From a virus: a DNA stretch of 64,000 nt. Positions 44,922 to 55,198 of this stretch are shown one piece after another. The position numbers and the translations under genes are program-made. The stretch spans positions 1-64,000 of IMG/VR virus record IMGVR_UViG_3300033545_000001; one strand, written 5' to 3'. The notes under the pieces were generated by a model. It did not search any database. It was not told the origin of the DNA and saw only the letters and a program-made list of their open reading frames with translations. The stretch's first letter is position 1, and each line of letters begins with the position of its first letter.

Positions 44922-45512
44922 ATGTTGAAGTCCCGAGCTATCAAGCTAGTATCCGTCCCTCTCATTGCTGGCGCTGCTGTTCTAGTGTCAGGCGCTGCTG
45001 CTTTTGCAGATAGCGTAGTAGTACAACCGGGGGACACTATTTCAGGTATCGCAACTAAGGAAGGCATTTCCAACTGGGATCTCCTATACCAGGACAATCT
45101 TTCAGTTGTAGGTGCAAACCCTAACCTTATTTTCCCAGGTCAGGTTCTTCAAATTCCAGGGACTGGCGATACTTCAGCACCAGTAGCGTCAGTTGTAACA
45201 GTTCCACATGTTCATCACACTCAGCATACTAACAATTCAAGCAATACAAGTAATACTCCAGATCCAGTTTCTTCAATTAACTGGGATGCAGTGGCTCAGT
45301 GTGAATCGTCAGGGGATTGGTCAATTGACGATGGTAATGGTTTTTATGGCGGATTGCAATTCACAGAGTCCACTTGGCTCGCATATGGAGGCGGACAGTA
45401 TGCATCTTATGCTAATGAAGCTTCAAAGGCTGAGCAAGAGACTGTAGCGAATCGCGTTCTAGCAGGTCAGGGCATTGGCGCCTGGCCAGTATGTGGGCCA
45501 CGCGGGGAGTGA
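44922..45512 (+). CDS. rpf: secreted LysM + Rpf (resuscitation-promoting factor) transglycosylase
   Basis: Signal peptide; Lys[13 protein letters not shown]...[11 protein letters not shown]; Rpf [13 protein letters not shown]...GGLQF...W...GAWPVCG. Confidence 0.93.
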   Translation: MLKSRAIKLVSVPLIAGAAVLVSGAAAFADSVVVQPGDTISGIATKEGISNWDLLYQDNLSVVGANPNLIFPGQVLQIPGTGDTSAPVASVVTVPHVHHTQHTNNSSNTSNTPDPVSSINWDAVAQCESSGDWSIDDGNGFYGGLQFTESTWLAYGGGQYASYANEASKAEQETVANRVLAGQGIGAWPVCGPRGE

Positions 45513-46021
45513 TCCCTGAAGGTTGACAAATGTAGCTGAGGGAGGTATACTGCTGGCATGGCACTTCCACCTTATAATCCGCTAGCAGGCACCTCCCTCA
45601 GTGACGTATGGTATCTTAAGCGCAAAGCCCCTGCTGGTCGAGTGGTACATCTTATCGATCCGATCGGGCTGGGACCTCTCTGTGATATCCCTTTGCGCAA
45701 TGACTGGATTTATATTCCAGAAGAAGATACTATGCGTACTTGTGCAAAATGTAGAGGTGTAGAGTCGCAACTGTCTCAAAGTCAGGAGATAGACAATGAA
45801 AGACTCAGATAATACAGATAATTCTCTTACTGTAGATACAGCTACCACGTCAGAAGTGGTATCTGCTCTTCAAGAAGAAGCTGATAAAACTCATGAGAGT
45901 TTTAAGCTGGCTCTTAACGATGATGATATAGATGCAACTGATGCAGCATACGTTACCTATCAGAATGTAGATAATAAGAGACTGCAATTCGATAGAGCTG
46001 TAGTAGCTGCGAAGGAAGTCC

Positions 46022-46618
46022 TTGATCCGTCCGAATGAGTCAATTATAGACATAGCAAATAAGATAGTCCCACTGCGAATTGTACTTGGCATGACTAATA
46101 TCTATGTCTCAGAATTCACTTATGGCAAGTCTATTAAAGCTCGATGTCCCTACGCTGATATCTACCATCTGACTGAAGATGCTGGGAAGAGCATGAGAGT
46201 GTATTCTGATACTAATACTGCCTTCTGCTATATGGGATGCGGCGTATTGAAGCCTGTGTCTGTATATGCTAAGCTTAATGGAGTCTCTTATAAAGACTCC
46301 GCGAAGTTTCTGCTGGAGAAGGTAGGACATAAGCTCAAAACCTTCGATGAGAAATGGGCAGATGCTGTAAGTGATACAGGTCCCCTTAAGTTGGAAGGTT
46401 ATAGAGAAGCATTAGACGAGATATGTCTCCAGCATTCTCAAGGCCAGTGGGGGCATCTCAAATATATGAGTTCTATATCGTCCTCTTTTTCTCAATTGTT
46501 GAGTATACTAGATAAAGCTCAATCTTACGATGATGCAGATAAGTGGCTGGACATAGCTAAGCAGCATATGTTGAAGCAGATAGACAGGGAGAAGCATCTT
46601 GAACTATCCGAAACTTAG
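46022..46618 (+). CDS. CHC2 zinc-finger primase N-terminal-like protein
   Basis: CPY..H.......SMRVY.....CYMGCG; no TOPRIM domain. Confidence 0.65.
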   Translation: MIRPNESIIDIANKIVPLRIVLGMTNIYVSEFTYGKSIKARCPYADIYHLTEDAGKSMRVYSDTNTAFCYMGCGVLKPVSVYAKLNGVSYKDSAKFLLEKVGHKLKTFDEKWADAVSDTGPLKLEGYREALDEICLQHSQGQWGHLKYMSSISSSFSQLLSILDKAQSYDDADKWLDIAKQHMLKQIDREKHLELSET

Positions 46619-46799
46619 AAGCTGGCTGACAGTTACTGAAGTAGCAGGAATACTTAATGTGTCACGTCAAGCAGTGCATAAAATGATTTCTGAAGGATCT
46701 TTCAGCACTGTACACTACTTAGGTGGCATTGAGAAGCCTATCTATGTAATTAGTGAGCTGGATAATCTTCTACAATCCAAGGAGGCCAAAAGAACTTGA
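46599..46799 (+). CDS. excisionase-like HTH DNA-binding protein
   Basis: LTVTEVAGILNVSRQAVHKMI. Confidence 0.75.
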   Translation: MNYPKLRSWLTVTEVAGILNVSRQAVHKMISEGSFSTVHYLGGIEKPIYVISELDNLLQSKEAKRT

Positions 46800-47013
46800 A
46801 GACCGTACTTAGTGTAGGGGATGTTCTTGATAAGTTAAGCGTGAAGGATACTGTGGTTACAGCTTCTCTTTTAGGCCTGGCCTACCATGCTTATATATGC
46901 CATAACACACTTAAATTTACAGCTCATCAGCATAAAAATGGGCACGCTACTGTGAGTCTCGGCCATACTCAGGCAGATATTCCTTTCGGGTTTAGTGCTG
47001 GGGAGGGCGATTA

Positions 47014-47712
47014 GTGAGAAGTAACTCAGATATAATTGATTTTCTATCTAAGCATCACCCATTCTCGTTGGTAAGCGGAGATATTGACAGTATTACAATA
47101 GATGATGTAGTAAGTAAGTGCAGTACTGTCCTTTTAATAGAGCCAGTTGACCTTCTCGTAGTAACTGAACTTAATCAAGCTGCTACAGAAGAAGTTTCTC
47201 AGTTTTGCTCTACTAAGCCGTTTGGCTCTATGAAGCTTGTGGTTATCAATCTTAATGATGCCACAGCAAAAGCACAGAGAGCTCTTCTTTCCATACTGGA
47301 AAGTGTTAATGGGTATTTAAAGATTGTATTGTTTAGCAATAACTCATCCATACCTGGTATAGAATCTCGTTGCCAGGTATATAGGTTAAATGATAGACAT
47401 TTACCATCAGAAGATTCAAAGACCAGAGTCTTGAAAGCCCTTGCCTCCACTTCTCTGGGGGAAAGGGCTATGTTAGAGGCTGTAGCTAAAGAGTGGACTA
47501 GTGAGGATACTCTAGTGCTAAAGGATTGGGCCTGCGAGCGTTTGTCTGGTAGGTATGTGGCATTTATGGAAGTTGAAGTAGAGAATATAGGACTGTCAAA
47601 GGATTTTGCACAGTCCCTGCTGGAGGCTTTAGCTGTATTAAAGGCAGTTGAGCCTAGAAAAGCAATAATGTCAGTAATGTTAGCCTACATAGTGGCGTCT
47701 AAAGGAATATAA
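47014..47712 (+). CDS. holB: clamp loader delta'-like subunit
   Basis: KLVVI...AQRALLSILE...PGIESRCQ (SRC motif); degenerate P-loop. Confidence 0.65.
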   Translation: MRSNSDIIDFLSKHHPFSLVSGDIDSITIDDVVSKCSTVLLIEPVDLLVVTELNQAATEEVSQFCSTKPFGSMKLVVINLNDATAKAQRALLSILESVNGYLKIVLFSNNSSIPGIESRCQVYRLNDRHLPSEDSKTRVLKALASTSLGERAMLEAVAKEWTSEDTLVLKDWACERLSGRYVAFMEVEVENIGLSKDFAQSLLEALAVLKAVEPRKAIMSVMLAYIVASKGI

Positions 47713-48089
47713 TGACTGATAGTGAAGTTCAAACAGCTGAAGAGCTGCCTGAAGGTACTCCAGAAGAGCTACAAACTCAATTAGAGACTCTTTTAAGTAA
47801 GAATACTGAGATTGAGCAGAGAATGGCAACTACTTTCGGTGCTGGAATGCAGCCTGCCGACAAAGTTAATATTCGTCTTAACTGTCTTATGAGTATGGTA
47901 CTTCCCCCAGAGTTGAGGGTGAAAGTTGAAATCATGACTCAGACAATGCTCTTTACAGTACTTGAAAATATGTACACTGAAGTAGAGAAGCAGTTTGAAG
48001 AGTTTAAGAAGCAACAAGCTCAGCAAGATCTACTTCGTGGAGTACGTGGGGTTGACCCCAGCGCTACAGGCAGTCCTCTAATTGGCTAA
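47712..48089 (+). CDS. hypothetical protein
   Basis: ORF coupled between the two clamp-loader-like genes. Confidence 0.6.
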   Translation: MTDSEVQTAEELPEGTPEELQTQLETLLSKNTEIEQRMATTFGAGMQPADKVNIRLNCLMSMVLPPELRVKVEIMTQTMLFTVLENMYTEVEKQFEEFKKQQAQQDLLRGVRGVDPSATGSPLIG

Positions 48090-49011
48090 CTATGTTCAGT
48101 GGAGCACCTCCAAGAAGCTGGCTAGGGCCATCTGGGTTTACGGTTCAGAGGAAGCGCTGAGGCTGGAGGTCTCTGAGTACGTCAGGGACTCTGTTAGAGC
48201 CTCAGACCTGGATAAATTATCGTTCGATGCTTCCTCTAGTAGTGAGCGTAGAATCTGGGAAGCTTTGTATGAGAAGTCCCTGTCAGATGATTCCTTAAGG
48301 CTTATTGAAGTATCCAATGCAGACAAGTTGTCAGATTTCTCTAAATTAACTGAATGGTTAGCCAATCATTCAAGGCATAGTACAGAAACTACTATTCTTT
48401 TTACTTCAGTTGAAGATCCTCCAGTAACATTTAAGCCTCCTAAGGCCATAGCAGTTAAATGTATTATGCCTAAGTCTGAAGATAGGCTACAGTGGGCTAT
48501 GGCAGTCGGAGGATTGTCAGAAACCTCTGCAAGGAGGTTGGTAGAGTATAAGAATGGCAATTTAGAGGGAATAAGAGATGTTTGCCTTAAGATTAAGAGG
48601 CTACTTCCAGATCTAGAAGGAATAGAAGTCACTACTGAGACTCTGGAGTCTTTAGACGAGCAAACTCCGGCAGGATTAGTAGAATCTATACTTGAGAAGA
48701 ACAAGGCAGAAGCATTTGCAGCAGTTGCCAAGGTTCCCACAGATGGCATAGGCAGAATTTTGTCATCTCTTGAATACAATATCAATCTTATAGATAAGCT
48801 TAAGCCTATTATAGCAGCACTGCCTAGAGGTTCTAAACTGGAACCTATTACAGGGTTTCCTATGTCAAGAGTCTCTGATATAGCTCCTCTGACTAGAATA
48901 TACGATCAAAGAGAGCTGCTCAGGAGCCGACAGTTAGTAGTACTTATGGAGTCATACAATAGACAAGGCATTACTGAGGGGATCTTGGAATCCTTGATCT
49001 CTTTATGGTAA
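48082..49011 (+). CDS. holA: clamp loader delta-like subunit
   Basis: IWVYGSEEAL N-terminus, V.NAD.L, size and gene context. Confidence 0.55.
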   Translation: MANYVQWSTSKKLARAIWVYGSEEALRLEVSEYVRDSVRASDLDKLSFDASSSSERRIWEALYEKSLSDDSLRLIEVSNADKLSDFSKLTEWLANHSRHSTETTILFTSVEDPPVTFKPPKAIAVKCIMPKSEDRLQWAMAVGGLSETSARRLVEYKNGNLEGIRDVCLKIKRLLPDLEGIEVTTETLESLDEQTPAGLVESILEKNKAEAFAAVAKVPTDGIGRILSSLEYNINLIDKLKPIIAALPRGSKLEPITGFPMSRVSDIAPLTRIYDQRELLRSRQLVVLMESYNRQGITEGILESLISLW

Positions 49012-49202
49012 AGTCGATGGTAAGTATGTAGCACCGTAGTACTAGACAAGTGGAGGCCAGTATGGTATTCTGTTCTAGTGGACTTACGTCCCCCATCCCG
49101 GAAACTGTGGGGAGGTTGGGCCGAATGGCGATTATGCGTAGCATGTATCCTTCGGCTTAAGGGGTGATCCGCATATCCGCTGCGGGCTACGCTCGCGGTC
49201 GG

Positions 49203-49274
49203 TCTTCAGTGGTGTAATTGGCAGCACGAATGACTCTGAATCATTTAGTGGAGGTTCGAATCCTCCCTGGAGAG
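49203..49274 (+). tRNA. tRNA-Gln (anticodon CTG)
   Basis: Acceptor TCTTCAG/CTGGAGA, D arm GTG/CAC, anticodon arm AATGA-CTCTGAA-TCATT, T arm GGAGG-TTCGAAT-CCTCC; CCA not encoded. Confidence 0.92.
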
Positions 49275-49297
49275 CAGTTAACCTTGTAGGGAATCTC

Positions 49298-49750
49298 ATG
49301 GCAGTGGACATCGTTACTCTGGCAGAAGCCTTGGGCAGTTCTGGCCTTTCTGTGCTTCTCTGGAATTTGTGGAACTCCAAGAGAATAGAAAAGTCGGCAC
49401 GCAAGGCTGAAGCACGCAATGATAAGCGTGAACCTCTTATTGAACAAAGCATTAACCTGGGCAACGTTGTCAAGGTTACTGAACTCATGCGTCAAGGAAT
49501 TCAAGAACTCGAAGATTCCAAGCATCGTCTGTCAGATGATATGAAAATTATGCAAGGTAAGTTTGAAGATCGCATCATAGATCTTACTAATGAGAATGCT
49601 CGCATAAGACGAGAGTTTTTGGAACAGCATACACTTGACAGAGATACTATCAAGGAACTTCTATCTCAGATTGACAAGCTTAAAGCATTAACAACAGTAA
49701 ACGCTGAAGCAATAGAATCAAATAAAACAAAATTAGAGCTTCTGTCCTAA
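49298..49750 (+). CDS. N-terminal membrane anchor plus coiled-coil protein
   Basis: Hydrophobic N-terminus, heptad-rich remainder. Confidence 0.6.
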   Translation: MAVDIVTLAEALGSSGLSVLLWNLWNSKRIEKSARKAEARNDKREPLIEQSINLGNVVKVTELMRQGIQELEDSKHRLSDDMKIMQGKFEDRIIDLTNENARIRREFLEQHTLDRDTIKELLSQIDKLKALTTVNAEAIESNKTKLELLS

Positions 49751-49780
49751 GGCAGACTCGAATAAAACTAAGGAACATCT

Positions 49781-51799
49781 GTGATTAAGGACTATGGATT
49801 AGTAGAATCTGTAGATGAGCTAAAGTTTTTGATGAGCAAGTTCCTTGAAGAAGGAACTCCTGTAGGCCTTGACATTGAAACAGGGTATGACGGACCAGAT
49901 AAGAAGAAGGCGTCTGTACATCCTGAAGAGGCTTACATTGTAGGAATTAGTTTCACTAATTCTCTAGATTGGGCACGATATGTGCCTCTTCGCCACGACT
50001 TTGAAGATAATTTTGATAATAAGGTCGTGGCTGAACTTATGTGGCCAGTTCTTAAGTCTGGCTTAACAGTAGCACATAACGCAAAGTTCGAGCTCAGCTT
50101 CTTAACGCCTTGGGTAATTGAATTCCTAGGTGAGGAAGTAGTTGGAGATGGCAGCTTTAAGGTTCTTTCAGATACTATGATTGAAGCTGCAATTACCTCT
50201 AACTACCGCAGCAATGGCCTGAAGGATCTTGTAGAGATTATCTTCGGTCATACCATGAAGCACTTCGTAGACCTTTTTGAAGGTGCTGGGGAGTCTCGTA
50301 ACCAGTATCTGCGTTTCAATGTGCTTCCTCTTACTCGCGTCAATGTAGATTATGCATGTGAAGACGCTCTATGGGCTTTGGCCCTTCATCAGCTGCACTA
50401 TCCAATGGTTAAAGACAGCTTTATTTACCAGCTTGAAATGGAAGTACTGTATGTTATTCTTGACATGCAGACTACTGGCGTGTGCTTTGACTGGGAGCTG
50501 ATGCGAAAGTACAGTGAGCAGTGTAAAAACTTCATGGATATTCAGTATGCTGCTATTCAAGATAAGTTCTCTGAAATGCTTGGCGAGAGAATTGAGATTA
50601 ATCTAGGATCTCCTAAGCAGGTGCAAGAACTGCTGTATGAAAAGTTGGGATTCTCTACTACTCGTTATACTAAGAGTACCAAAGATTCCGACAATCCTAA
50701 GATGTCTACTGACACTATTGCTCTTGAGGCTTTGGCTAATAAGCATCCTGTGGTTCGTATGCTTGTGGAATATAGAGAAGTTAAGAAATTGGTAGGCTCA
50801 TATCTTGACAAATATGAGCGTGACTATGGCTATGACCTTCTTCGTGAAGGTGTTGTACATCCAAGTTTGAATCAGGTTTTCGTAATCTCTGGACGATTCT
50901 CCGCAAAGGATCCTAACTATCAGCAACTTCCAGGCGGTAATAAGGAGTATCAAGCTCCCGATCCCCGTGCTGGAAAGAAGATGACACGTTATGAAGTTGC
51001 AGATGAATTTCTGGAGCTTTGTTTTCGAGACGTGGTAATTACTCCAGAAGGTTATTACGCTGTAGGCTTTGACTATGGTCAAGCTGAGCTTAGAGCCATT
51101 GCTGGAGAGGCTCAAGAGCCTTATCTTCTTGAAGCATTCGCTGATGGAGCAGATATTCACACGCGTGTTGCTTCTCTTATGTTTGGCGTACCTGAAGATC
51201 AAGTAGATTCTCCTATGCGTAAGAAGGGCAAGACTCTTAATTTCGCTTTGGCATTCCAGATGGCAGCAGATTCCCTAGCTGACAGGCTTGGTATTTCTGT
51301 GGAAGAGGCTGAAGAGCTGTACGCTAGATATTTCCAAGTACTTCCTAATGTTAAAAAGCTTATCCAAGACAAAATGGATCTTGGTCGAAAGAATGGTTAT
51401 TCTGTAACTAAGTTCGGCCGTAAGATGACCATTTGGGAGTACCAGGACAAGAGAAGGTTTATGCAGTCTAGGGCTGGACGTATGGCTTTCAATACTGTAA
51501 TTCAGGGGTCTGCTACTGGTGATGTGCCTAAAATTGCCATGGTCAGAGCTGTGAAGGCTTTGAAGAAGGCTGGCCTGTCAGATAAAGTTCATCTGGTAAT
51601 GAATATTCACGATGCTCTTGAGTTCTATGTCAGAGATGATGTGGATTATCAGACTGTTATTGATGTACTTGAGCCAGCAGTTATTTTCCCAGTGCCAGGA
51701 TGGCCTTCAATGGTAGCTGACTGGCATTATTGGAAGCGTTATGGATCATGTGTTGAGTTGAAGAAAAATGAAGATGGAAAGTGGGTAGAGAAGCACTAA
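49781..51799 (+). CDS. polA: DNA polymerase family A with 3'-5' exonuclease, no 5'-3' exonuclease
   Basis: DIETG, HNAKFE, YACED; SGRFS..PN.QQ, DYGQAELR, K..NF, IQGS, IHD. Confidence 0.93.
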   Translation: MIKDYGLVESVDELKFLMSKFLEEGTPVGLDIETGYDGPDKKKASVHPEEAYIVGISFTNSLDWARYVPLRHDFEDNFDNKVVAELMWPVLKSGLTVAHNAKFELSFLTPWVIEFLGEEVVGDGSFKVLSDTMIEAAITSNYRSNGLKDLVEIIFGHTMKHFVDLFEGAGESRNQYLRFNVLPLTRVNVDYACEDALWALALHQLHYPMVKDSFIYQLEMEVLYVILDMQTTGVCFDWELMRKYSEQCKNFMDIQYAAIQDKFSEMLGERIEINLGSPKQVQELLYEKLGFSTTRYTKSTKDSDNPKMSTDTIALEALANKHPVVRMLVEYREVKKLVGSYLDKYERDYGYDLLREGVVHPSLNQVFVISGRFSAKDPNYQQLPGGNKEYQAPDPRAGKKMTRYEVADEFLELCFRDVVITPEGYYAVGFDYGQAELRAIAGEAQEPYLLEAFADGADIHTRVASLMFGVPEDQVDSPMRKKGKTLNFALAFQMAADSLADRLGISVEEAEELYARYFQVLPNVKKLIQDKMDLGRKNGYSVTKFGRKMTIWEYQDKRRFMQSRAGRMAFNTVIQGSATGDVPKIAMVRAVKALKKAGLSDKVHLVMNIHDALEFYVRDDVDYQTVIDVLEPAVIFPVPGWPSMVADWHYWKRYGSCVELKKNEDGKWVEKH

Positions 51800-52105
51800 T
51801 GAGAATACGTACAGGATATTCAGAGGAATTACAGCATAATAGTTGGGCAAAAGGTGACATAGATCTAGATTCTAATGATTTGGAAGGTCTTGCTGTAGAG
51901 TTTGACTTCAACCTAGCAGACTTGACACATACTCTGAAGTATGATATTCTATACTCAGAAGCCGAGAGACTGTTAACGATTAAGTACATCAGGGATGTGC
52001 AGCTTAAATCTCCTGGATCTCGTGACATGGATATTTTGAAAAGAAGGCTTGGTACTGTAACGAATTTGCTAGATAAACACGTTCAACTAGCTAAGAGGTT
52101 GTCGC

Positions 52106-52594
52106 ATGGAGGAGATAGAGAAGAGGATAGCTGAGCTCCTAACAGAAGCTCTCAATCTACGCTCAGAATCGTCAATGCCTTATTCTGAAGCTTCTCCTCA
52201 AGTTGTTTTGAACTCTCTGCTGGACAACCGGCAGAGAGTTGATAGGCTTGAAGGAATTTATCTTCAAGTGATTCAGATTAGAGCACGTTTATCCAGAAAG
52301 ACTTCAGCTGTAAAGGCTGAAGCAGAAGATTCTTGGGCAGAAGCACTCGCTTCAATGAAATCCCAAGGATCTAGAAACAGAGATCAGTATGAAGGCCCTC
52401 GCGAAAGATATGCAGAGGCTGATCTCGCTACGTTGGAATTGAAACGTAAAGCCAGAAAAGCTGAAGAGCTTCTAGGCGTTGCAGTTGAAGCTGACGATGT
52501 TATAAAAACGGCCCTTAGAGGTCTAAATGAAGTAATTCAAGATCACCGTATATGGTTAAGATCACTACAGTTTCAAACATACTTAGAGAAATAG
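52106..52594 (+). CDS. coiled-coil protein, possibly a UvsY-like mediator
   Basis: All-helical; lies upstream of SSB and RecA. Confidence 0.4.
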   Translation: MEEIEKRIAELLTEALNLRSESSMPYSEASPQVVLNSLLDNRQRVDRLEGIYLQVIQIRARLSRKTSAVKAEAEDSWAEALASMKSQGSRNRDQYEGPRERYAEADLATLELKRKARKAEELLGVAVEADDVIKTALRGLNEVIQDHRIWLRSLQFQTYLEK

Positions 52595-52603
52595 GATAAC
52601 TAC

Positions 52604-53485
52604 ATGTCTAGAATTTCATTCACAGATGAAGTACCAGCCTCACAGCGCGGTGGAGATGTTTTCCCCAAGCTCAAGCTGAAGATGGGCGAGAAGGCCCGTG
52701 TAGCCCTGTTAGAAGGTCCAGAGCGTGTCTACGTTCACCAGTTCTACGAGCCAGTTATTGTGGATGGCAAGGGCGTTGAAGTTGAGAAGGAACGTCGTGA
52801 CAACAGTAAGTACAAGAAATGGGACGAGAAGTTCCTGAAGATTTTCCAGTGCCTTGGAGATGAGGGTACTCTCAACGAGAGCGGCGCAGACACTAAGAAC
52901 TGTCCAGCTTGCAAGGCCTCAGCACAATTCGATTATTTCAAGGCTCCAGTTCCACGTTACGCTCTTAACGTGATCAAGTACACCCTGAAGCCAAACGGCG
53001 ATATTGCTTCTCCTTATGCTCCAAGTGTGCAGGCTTGGGTGTTCGGTCCTCAGAAGTTCGAAGAGATCCGTAACATTGCCAGGGAAGGGTTCGATCTAAG
53101 CAAGGTGGACCTGGTTCTAGGACCATGTCAGCATGAGGATTTCCAGAAGTACACAATGACTGTATCTAACAAGGCAGCATGGCTGGAAAGCAAGGAGACT
53201 GAGAAGATCACTAAGGAGGTCTTCACAGAGAATCGTATTGATCCTCTAGATAAGGTTGTAGCAGCTCAGCTGGACTCTGATATCATTCAGACCTATGTTG
53301 ACCGTATCAGCCATGCATGGGGGATTATTCACGGCACTGTGGTTAGTCCAACAGAGGCAGTTATCGCAGCTTCTGAGTTTGCAGCTAATTCAACTCCTTC
53401 AGTGGACTTTGGTTCTTCATTTAGCGTGTCAGATGAGGTCCCTGTTCCAGATTTCGGCTCTCTATTGGATGGTATTGAGATCTAA
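52604..53485 (+). CDS. phage single-stranded DNA-binding protein (gp32-like)
   Basis: H...C...CPAC Zn ligands, acidic/hydrophobic C-terminal tail, replication context. Confidence 0.65.
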   Translation: MSRISFTDEVPASQRGGDVFPKLKLKMGEKARVALLEGPERVYVHQFYEPVIVDGKGVEVEKERRDNSKYKKWDEKFLKIFQCLGDEGTLNESGADTKNCPACKASAQFDYFKAPVPRYALNVIKYTLKPNGDIASPYAPSVQAWVFGPQKFEEIRNIAREGFDLSKVDLVLGPCQHEDFQKYTMTVSNKAAWLESKETEKITKEVFTENRIDPLDKVVAAQLDSDIIQTYVDRISHAWGIIHGTVVSPTEAVIAASEFAANSTPSVDFGSSFSVSDEVPVPDFGSLLDGIEI

Positions 53486-54042
53486 TGATTCTCGCGGTTG
53501 ACTTGGCTAGCAAGTTTTCCGCAGCTTGTATGATGAATGCCCAAGGGAGTGTCACTGCTGAGTGGCACTCCTGGGGCAGTTCTGAGGCTTCTTGGGTAAA
53601 TTCTCTGGTCGTCCAATCCAAGTTTGCGGACATAGTTCTTATAGAGGATTTGCCCTTTAGCTTGCGCATTTCTAAGACAGTTCGTGACGTGTACCGGTTG
53701 CAAGGCAGAATTATAGAGCAGATGGAGCAGCATATGTTCCACACACGTAAGATAGTATTCATTCCGCCCAAGCTATGGCAGGATTACTTCAAACCAGATG
53801 GAATGAAATCTGGGGATAAGAAGGCTGCTAAGAAGATAGCTGAGGAAAAATATGGATATGTTGCTACAGAATTATTGCATAAGGAATTGCATGGAGTAGA
53901 TCGCATACACGCTAGAAAGAGTATGGAAGATCACATTGATGCGTTTCTTATAGCACAGTACATGTTAGAGCAGTCTAGAGAACATGGATCTATAGACCAA
54001 GCAGTAGACAGCATTCCAAGGTTGGAGCGTTTAAATGCCTAA
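53485..54042 (+). CDS. RuvC-like Holliday junction resolvase
   Basis: ILAVDLA, VLIED, PKLWQ, DHIDAFLIA. Confidence 0.75.
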   Translation: MILAVDLASKFSAACMMNAQGSVTAEWHSWGSSEASWVNSLVVQSKFADIVLIEDLPFSLRISKTVRDVYRLQGRIIEQMEQHMFHTRKIVFIPPKLWQDYFKPDGMKSGDKKAAKKIAEEKYGYVATELLHKELHGVDRIHARKSMEDHIDAFLIAQYMLEQSREHGSIDQAVDSIPRLERLNA

Positions 54043-55198
54043 GGCTGCACGTGATGAAGTATCAGAGATTATTAAGAAATTCTCCAAAGAGATAGATATC
54101 GGCAGTATTGAAGATGTGACAGATCACATAGAAGGCCTTCCCACAGGTAATTTGGGGATTGATTACATCGTGGGTGTTGGAGGTCTTCCTGTAGGTCGAG
54201 TAGTTGAGAGTTATGGAGCTCCTTCTTCAGGAAAGACAACTCTGGCTCTTCAGACAGCTGCTGAGCTACAGCAGAAGATTATTGCCAATGGTAGTGATGA
54301 TTTCATTCTGTACATTGACTTTGAGCATGCTTTAGATAAGAAGTATTGCAAGTCTCTAGGGTTAGATCTGACTCATCCCAGTATTAAGGTAACTCAGCCT
54401 GACAGTTTAGAGACTGGCGCATCAATTGCTCGTAAGCTACTAGACACAGGTAAGGTTAAGCTACTTATTTGGGATTCTGTAGCAGAGGCTCAAGTAGAAG
54501 CAGTGAAGAAGGCCGAGACAGGGGACTTTGTTCCGCCAGTTAAGGCTAAGATTATGAAGCAGTTTTTAGAGCAGATCAATGATGTGCTGTACAGGACCAA
54601 GTGTACAGCTATTTTCATCAATCATGTTCAGGAAAAGATCACTATGAGTGGTCCTGCCCGTGGCATTGTATCTCAGACCACACCTGGTGGAGACGCTCTC
54701 AAATTTTACAGCAGTGTGAGACTTAAATTTACTCAAGGTAAGAAGAATCGTGGTAAGAGGTTCAGTCCTCTTATTAATGATTATGAAGAGTATCCAATCT
54801 CTACAGAAGTCAAGGTTACTGTAGAGAAAAACAAAGTTGCCGATCCCCATAAGTCCTGCATAGTGCTAGTAAGGTATGGCAGAGGATTCGATAACTTCTG
54901 GCAGGCTGTTCAAGTGCTAGAAGCTCATAAGAAGATCACACATAATGGCTCCTGGTTCTATTTTGATAGGACTCCAAGTCTTCTTATGCCTGGTCTTCCA
55001 GAAGCAGCGGGAAGATCTGGAGCGTTTCAGGGGGAAGACAAGCTTCTGAAATATGGGGAAGCAAATCCCGAATGGAGAGCTCATATTATCAATGCTGCTA
55101 TGGAAACTGTTAATTCTGCGATGCCTGGAGAAATTGAAGACATTGAAGAAGATGAAAGTAATGATATCGATCTAGGCGCATTTGTGGAGTTTTCATGA
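54035..55198 (+). CDS. recA: RecA/UvsX recombinase
   Basis: GGLPVGRVVESYGAPSSGKTT, YIDFEHALD, WDSVA, TPGGDALKFYSSVR, KNKVA.P. Confidence 0.95.
   Translation: MPKAARDEVSEIIKKFSKEIDIGSIEDVTDHIEGLPTGNLGIDYIVGVGGLPVGRVVESYGAPSSGKTTLALQTAAELQQKIIANGSDDFILYIDFEHALDKKYCKSLGLDLTHPSIKVTQPDSLETGASIARKLLDTGKVKLLIWDSVAEAQVEAVKKAETGDFVPPVKAKIMKQFLEQINDVLYRTKCTAIFINHVQEKITMSGPARGIVSQTTPGGDALKFYSSVRLKFTQGKKNRGKRFSPLINDYEEYPISTEVKVTVEKNKVADPHKSCIVLVRYGRGFDNFWQAVQVLEAHKKITHNGSWFYFDRTPSLLMPGLPEAAGRSGAFQGEDKLLKYGEANPEWRAHIINAAMETVNSAMPGEIEDIEEDESNDIDLGAFVEFS

Noticed and set aside
46599-46799. Prophage excision module
   Set aside because: No integrase, repressor or att site seen; the HTH gene lies within a replication operon
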